From the NCBI GenBank assembly GCA_963710375.1, contig CAVPZX010000006.1:1-64000 (forward strand): a DNA stretch of 64,000 nt, read 5' to 3'. A program made the translations under genes and the position numbers. The notes under the pieces were generated by a model. It was not told the origin of the DNA and made no database searches. It saw only the letters and a list, made by a program, of their open reading frames with translations. Origin of the DNA: Nitrospirota bacterium (lineage in GTDB: Bacteria > Nitrospirota > Thermodesulfovibrionia > Thermodesulfovibrionales > Dissulfurispiraceae). This document shows positions 60,306-64,000 of this stretch, piece by piece (the first letter of the stretch is position 1; the number at the start of each line of letters is the position of its first letter).

Positions 60306-61320
60306 CGTTCCTGGACAGAAAGGGGACAGCGGCATTATTATAGGCATCGGAGATGATGCCGCTGCTATTGCGCCGCCTGTAGAAAACATTGAAAGACTGC
60401 TTGTTACCACCGATCTCATGCATGAAGGGGTCCATTTTGATTTAAGTTATACAGCCCCGTTCCATCTGGGGTTTAAGCTGGTCTCGGTCAATGTGAGCGA
60501 CATAATGGCGATGGGTGGATCTCCCCGCTACCTTCTGCTTACCGCTTCCCTGAAAGAAGATACGGATGAAACCTTTTTCCGGGAGTTTTACGACGGAGTT
60601 TCACGCGCCCTACAGCAATACGGCCTGGCACTTATAGGCGGAGATTTATCTTCTGCCCGGAATGATATGGTTTTTTCTGCGACGGTTATAGGCTACGCAG
60701 GCAAACCTATTACGCGGGGCGGCGCTGTCCCCGGCGACAGAATTTACGTGACTTCGGCAACCGGTGATGCAGCGTGCGGGCTCGCTGTGCTGAGAAGGCT
60801 TGCTCCGGAATCGAAAGAAGCTGTGAAACTATGGAAGAACTTTGCAGACCCTCTGCCGGACTTGATGCTGACACATGGCGGGGGCTTCGTCAAATTCGAC
60901 GGCAATGTAGTAAGGCCGCTTTTAGCAAGGCATTTGATGCCGGTAGCCAGGGAGGTGCGTGAGTTGCTGCCGTATATTAGTTCAATGATCGATGTAAGCG
61001 ACGGCTTGTTCATAGATTTATGCAGAATATGTGATGAAAGCAATGTAGGCGCAAGGGTATATCTCGAAAAAATCCCGATATCGGAAAGCATGAGATTTGC
61101 CGCCGGCCTCATGGAGTCGTCTCCTCTGGAGTTTGCGGCTTCCGGCGGCGAGGATTATGAGCTTATGTTCACGGTTTCTCCTGAAACTGCGGAGAAGCTC
61201 GACTGTATTCATGCGTTCTGTATAGGGGAGATCACAGATAAAGAACGGGTGACCGTAGACAACTCAGGCAGGGAAGCTGCCATGAAAACAGAGGGATACC
61301 AGCACTTTGGCACTGCGTGA
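60247..61320 (+). CDS. thiL: Thiamine-monophosphate kinase
   Basis: [33 protein letters not shown]. Confidence 0.92.
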   Translation: MQLRLIGELRLLEEIRRRFNVPGQKGDSGIIIGIGDDAAAIAPPVENIERLLVTTDLMHEGVHFDLSYTAPFHLGFKLVSVNVSDIMAMGGSPRYLLLTASLKEDTDETFFREFYDGVSRALQQYGLALIGGDLSSARNDMVFSATVIGYAGKPITRGGAVPGDRIYVTSATGDAACGLAVLRRLAPESKEAVKLWKNFADPLPDLMLTHGGGFVKFDGNVVRPLLARHLMPVAREVRELLPYISSMIDVSDGLFIDLCRICDESNVGARVYLEKIPISESMRFAAGLMESSPLEFAASGGEDYELMFTVSPETAEKLDCIHAFCIGEITDKERVTVDNSGREAAMKTEGYQHFGTA

Positions 61321-61741
61321 CAAGCTTAGGGAAGTAATCAGCACCAACGATTCCCCGAAGAAGATTGCTGTTTCTTTTGCAGTGGGTGTCTTTATCGGCA
61401 TGTCACCGCTGATAGGGCTGCATACAGCGCTCGGCATCGGAGCTGCATGGTTGTTCAGGACGAACAGATTTGTTACGATTGTTGCTGTTTACATTTCAAA
61501 CCCCTGGACCGTTGTGCCGATTTACACCTTTTCAACCTGGTTAGGCACGAAACTTCTCGGTGTCGATAAAATTATTCCTCCATTGAAATGGCACTACCTG
61601 AGTTGCTCATATCTGTTCCATGAAGTGAGTTTTCTCTTTTGGCCCTTTGTTTTCGGTTCGACGGTCGTGGCGATTGTATCAGCTGCGGTTGGGTATGTTG
61701 TTGTATATCATGCAGTGGTGAAACAGAGAAAGATGATTTGA
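61307..61741 (+). CDS. DUF2062-like membrane protein
   Basis: SPKKIAVSFAVGVFIG.P..G.HT, SNPWT. Confidence 0.75.
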   Translation: MALRDKLREVISTNDSPKKIAVSFAVGVFIGMSPLIGLHTALGIGAAWLFRTNRFVTIVAVYISNPWTVVPIYTFSTWLGTKLLGVDKIIPPLKWHYLSCSYLFHEVSFLFWPFVFGSTVVAIVSAAVGYVVVYHAVVKQRKMI

Positions 61742-62910
61742 TTTGGCGAAATGAAAAAATTATCATCGTTTTAACTGTCCTCATTGATGTTCTCGGCCTG
61801 GGCATTATTATTCCCGTTCTGCCATTTTATGTAGAAAGTTTTGGCGCATCAGCCTTTACCTTAACTATGCTCTTTTCGGTTTTTTCTCTTTTTTCTTTTG
61901 TGAGCGGACCTTTTTTGGGAGCACTGTCCGACAGGATAGGCCGTCAACCGGTTTTGATTGTCAGCATTTTGAGTACCGCCATTGGGTGGTTTGTTTTCGC
62001 ATCGGCCCATGCCATATGGGTTTTATTTCTGGGAAGGGTCATTGACGGTATGGCGGCAGGGAATTTGCCGATCGCGCAAAGTTACCTGGTCGATATTGCC
62101 AGAGACGATAAAGAACGGACCTCGAATCTTGGAATCATTGGAGCTGTTTTCGGCATCGGATTTATTGTCGGTCCGGCCATTGGTGCCGCGCTCAGCTCCG
62201 TATCTCATGCTTTACCTTTTTTCTTTGTCGCGGGGTTGGCGACTCTCAATGTCATAGGCGCTTTTTTCTTTTTGCCGGAAACTCACAAACACATGGACAA
62301 AGAGAAGAAGATGGCGCTCAATCCGCTGCGTCCTCTGGCCAATGCAGTTCATGATAAACTCTTACTTCCGCGGTATGTAGCCTGGTTCTTTTTCGGTATT
62401 TCGATTTCCGGGATGCAATCGATTTTTGCATTGTATATGGGCAGGGTCTTCGGTTTCGGTGTAACCATGGTCGGAGCTATTTACACTGCTATGGGACTTG
62501 CCGTTTTTTTGAACCAGGTGATTTTACTCCGCAACTTTTGGCTCAACTATTTCAAAGAATCATCTCTGGAAGTGTGGGCGTTTCTTTCCAGCGCAATTGG
62601 ACTTTCATTATTGATGGTGCCCTCGACTTATTTTCTTATTTTAGGCATTGTTTTTCATGTGTTCAGCCATTCACTATTGAGAGTGGTAATGACGAGCCGT
62701 GTTGCCGGCATCGCGGGTCCCCGGAGAAGAGGAGAGGTGCTCGGCGTTATGTCGTCAGTGCTGTCGTTGGCAATGATCGGAGGTCCGCTGCTGGCCGGCG
62801 CTCTTTTTGAGATTAAGCCCTTCTTTCCTTTTGCCGCCTGTAGTCTGGCTCTCGCTTCGGGATTCCTGATCATGAAATGTTATTCTGCAAAAATGGTCGC
62901 TAACAACTGA
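61738..62910 (+). CDS. MFS transporter (TetA/DHA1-like); start uncertain
   Basis: DVLGLGIIIPVLP, GALSDRIGR, GFIVGPAIG; ATG 61751 would be in frame with one more A in the A6 tract. Confidence 0.85.
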   Translation: MIWRNEKIIIVLTVLIDVLGLGIIIPVLPFYVESFGASAFTLTMLFSVFSLFSFVSGPFLGALSDRIGRQPVLIVSILSTAIGWFVFASAHAIWVLFLGRVIDGMAAGNLPIAQSYLVDIARDDKERTSNLGIIGAVFGIGFIVGPAIGAALSSVSHALPFFFVAGLATLNVIGAFFFLPETHKHMDKEKKMALNPLRPLANAVHDKLLLPRYVAWFFFGISISGMQSIFALYMGRVFGFGVTMVGAIYTAMGLAVFLNQVILLRNFWLNYFKESSLEVWAFLSSAIGLSLLMVPSTYFLILGIVFHVFSHSLLRVVMTSRVAGIAGPRRRGEVLGVMSSVLSLAMIGGPLLAGALFEIKPFFPFAACSLALASGFLIMKCYSAKMVANN

Positions 62911-62985
62911 ACTTCTGATATAATAATAAAAGTGAGATGACTCACTCCCAAATTTTTTAAACAAAACCGGTAAAGCATATAGTTC

Positions 62986-64000
62986 ATGTCTAAAATTATT
63001 CCTGCACTTGCAAAAATACACATAACCACCCTTGGCTGTCCCAAAAACAGTGTTGATTCAAGGCACCTGTCCGGGGCATTCACTGCGGAAGGCTTCATCA
63101 GTGTAGCCAATGCGGATGATGCGGATATCCTTCTTGTGAACACATGCGGCTTTATTAAGGACGCAAAAGAAGAGTCGATAGAGGAAGTCCTCAGACTTGC
63201 GCAGATGAAAGAAGACGGCAGAAAGCTGGTCGTGTTCGGATGTCTTGCCGCCCGCTATAGAAATGAGCTTTTAAAAGAGATACCCGAAATTGACGGCATA
63301 TGGGGGGTGGGGGAGGAAACTAAGATAATTGAGTACTGCAAAAAAAATATGGCTATAGGCTATAGGCAAGAGGCCATAGGCAAAAGAAAAATACCTATAG
63401 CCCATCGCCCATCGCCTATAGCCTCTTCTTATGCATATCTTAAAATTGCCGAAGGTTGCGACAAAAAATGCACATTCTGCGTGATTCCCTCGATCCGTGG
63501 GGCGTTCAGGAGTATCCGACCTGAGCTGATAATGGCTGAGGCGAGCGAATACATAAAGGCCGGGGCAAGAGAATTGATTCTGGTGGCCCAGGACATTACC
63601 AATTACGGAAAAGATCTTGACCGGTATGACCTTGTCGCGTTATTACGCGATCTTGCCTCTCTACCGGGGGATTTTTATATCCGGCTCTTGTATCTGTATC
63701 CTACCGCTATCAGCGAGGCCTTGATCGAATGCATTGCTGAGGAGGATAAAATACAGAAATACCTCGACATTCCGCTTCAACATTCCGAGGACAAAATATT
63801 GAGGCTCATGGGGCGCCGCGGGACGCGCACCGGATACCGCAAGCTCATCAGAGCGCTGCGCCGGAGGATACCGGGAATTGCTCTCCGAACAACTTTTATT
63901 GTGGGTTTTCCTACTGAGACCGAAGAGGAATTTAATGGACTTATTGATTTTATCGAAGAGACCCGGTTTGACAGGCTCGGCGTCTTTAAGTTCTCAAGGG
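62986..64000 (+). CDS. rimO: Ribosomal protein S12 methylthiotransferase (partial)
   Basis: LGCPKNSVDS, NTCGFI, GCL, AYLKIAEGCDKKCTFCVIPSIRG, YLYP. Confidence 0.9.
   Translation, partial: MSKIIPALAKIHITTLGCPKNSVDSRHLSGAFTAEGFISVANADDADILLVNTCGFIKDAKEESIEEVLRLAQMKEDGRKLVVFGCLAARYRNELLKEIPEIDGIWGVGEETKIIEYCKKNMAIGYRQEAIGKRKIPIAHRPSPIASSYAYLKIAEGCDKKCTFCVIPSIRGAFRSIRPELIMAEASEYIKAGARELILVAQDITNYGKDLDRYDLVALLRDLASLPGDFYIRLLYLYPTAISEALIECIAEEDKIQKYLDIPLQHSEDKILRLMGRRGTRTGYRKLIRALRRRIPGIALRTTFIVGFPTETEEEFNGLIDFIEETRFDRLGVFKFSR
63351..63423. repeat. Heptamer palindromic repeat in frame within rimO
   Basis: GGCTATAGGCTATAGG...CCTATAGCCCATCGCCCATCGCCTATAGCC, same family as 56197-56290. Confidence 0.8.

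Overview
Bacterial chromosomal window; gene content suggests an anaerobic Nitrospirota/Desulfobacterota-like organism (inference). Bases 1-14,040 form an accessory, defence-like island. It holds an IS481-family element inserted into a WD40 gene with highly conserved 126-bp repeats, a VapBC-type TA pair, a TPR remnant and a TIR-domain gene. It also holds the best candidate for a new system: a sigma54-promoter operon encoding a Clp-like AAA+, a MoxR-like AAA+, a vWA protein and an unknown 366-aa protein, divergent from an atypical sigma54 activator. Next come a PilZ/HD-GYP/methyltransferase c-di-GMP cluster, sensor kinases, a DEAD-box helicase, hopanoid-type and cell-wall enzymes, a cold-shock gene, split glutamate synthase genes and a tRNA nucleotidyltransferase. 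The right part has two cysteine synthases, orphan motAB, tsaC, lpxC, tldD, galU, hsp20-lon, thiL, an MFS transporter and a partial rimO, plus tRNA-Pro(CGG) and tRNA-Leu(TAA). Also seen: three ~180-bp MITE families, 6/7/8-mer palindromic repeats (one in frame inside rimO), five sigma54 promoters and small unlisted ORFs. Five frameshifts can each be repaired by removing one base inside CAGCT, which points to a modification-linked sequencing artefact rather than real pseudogenes. No CRISPR array or rRNA was seen. Product calls rest on motif recognition, not database searches.
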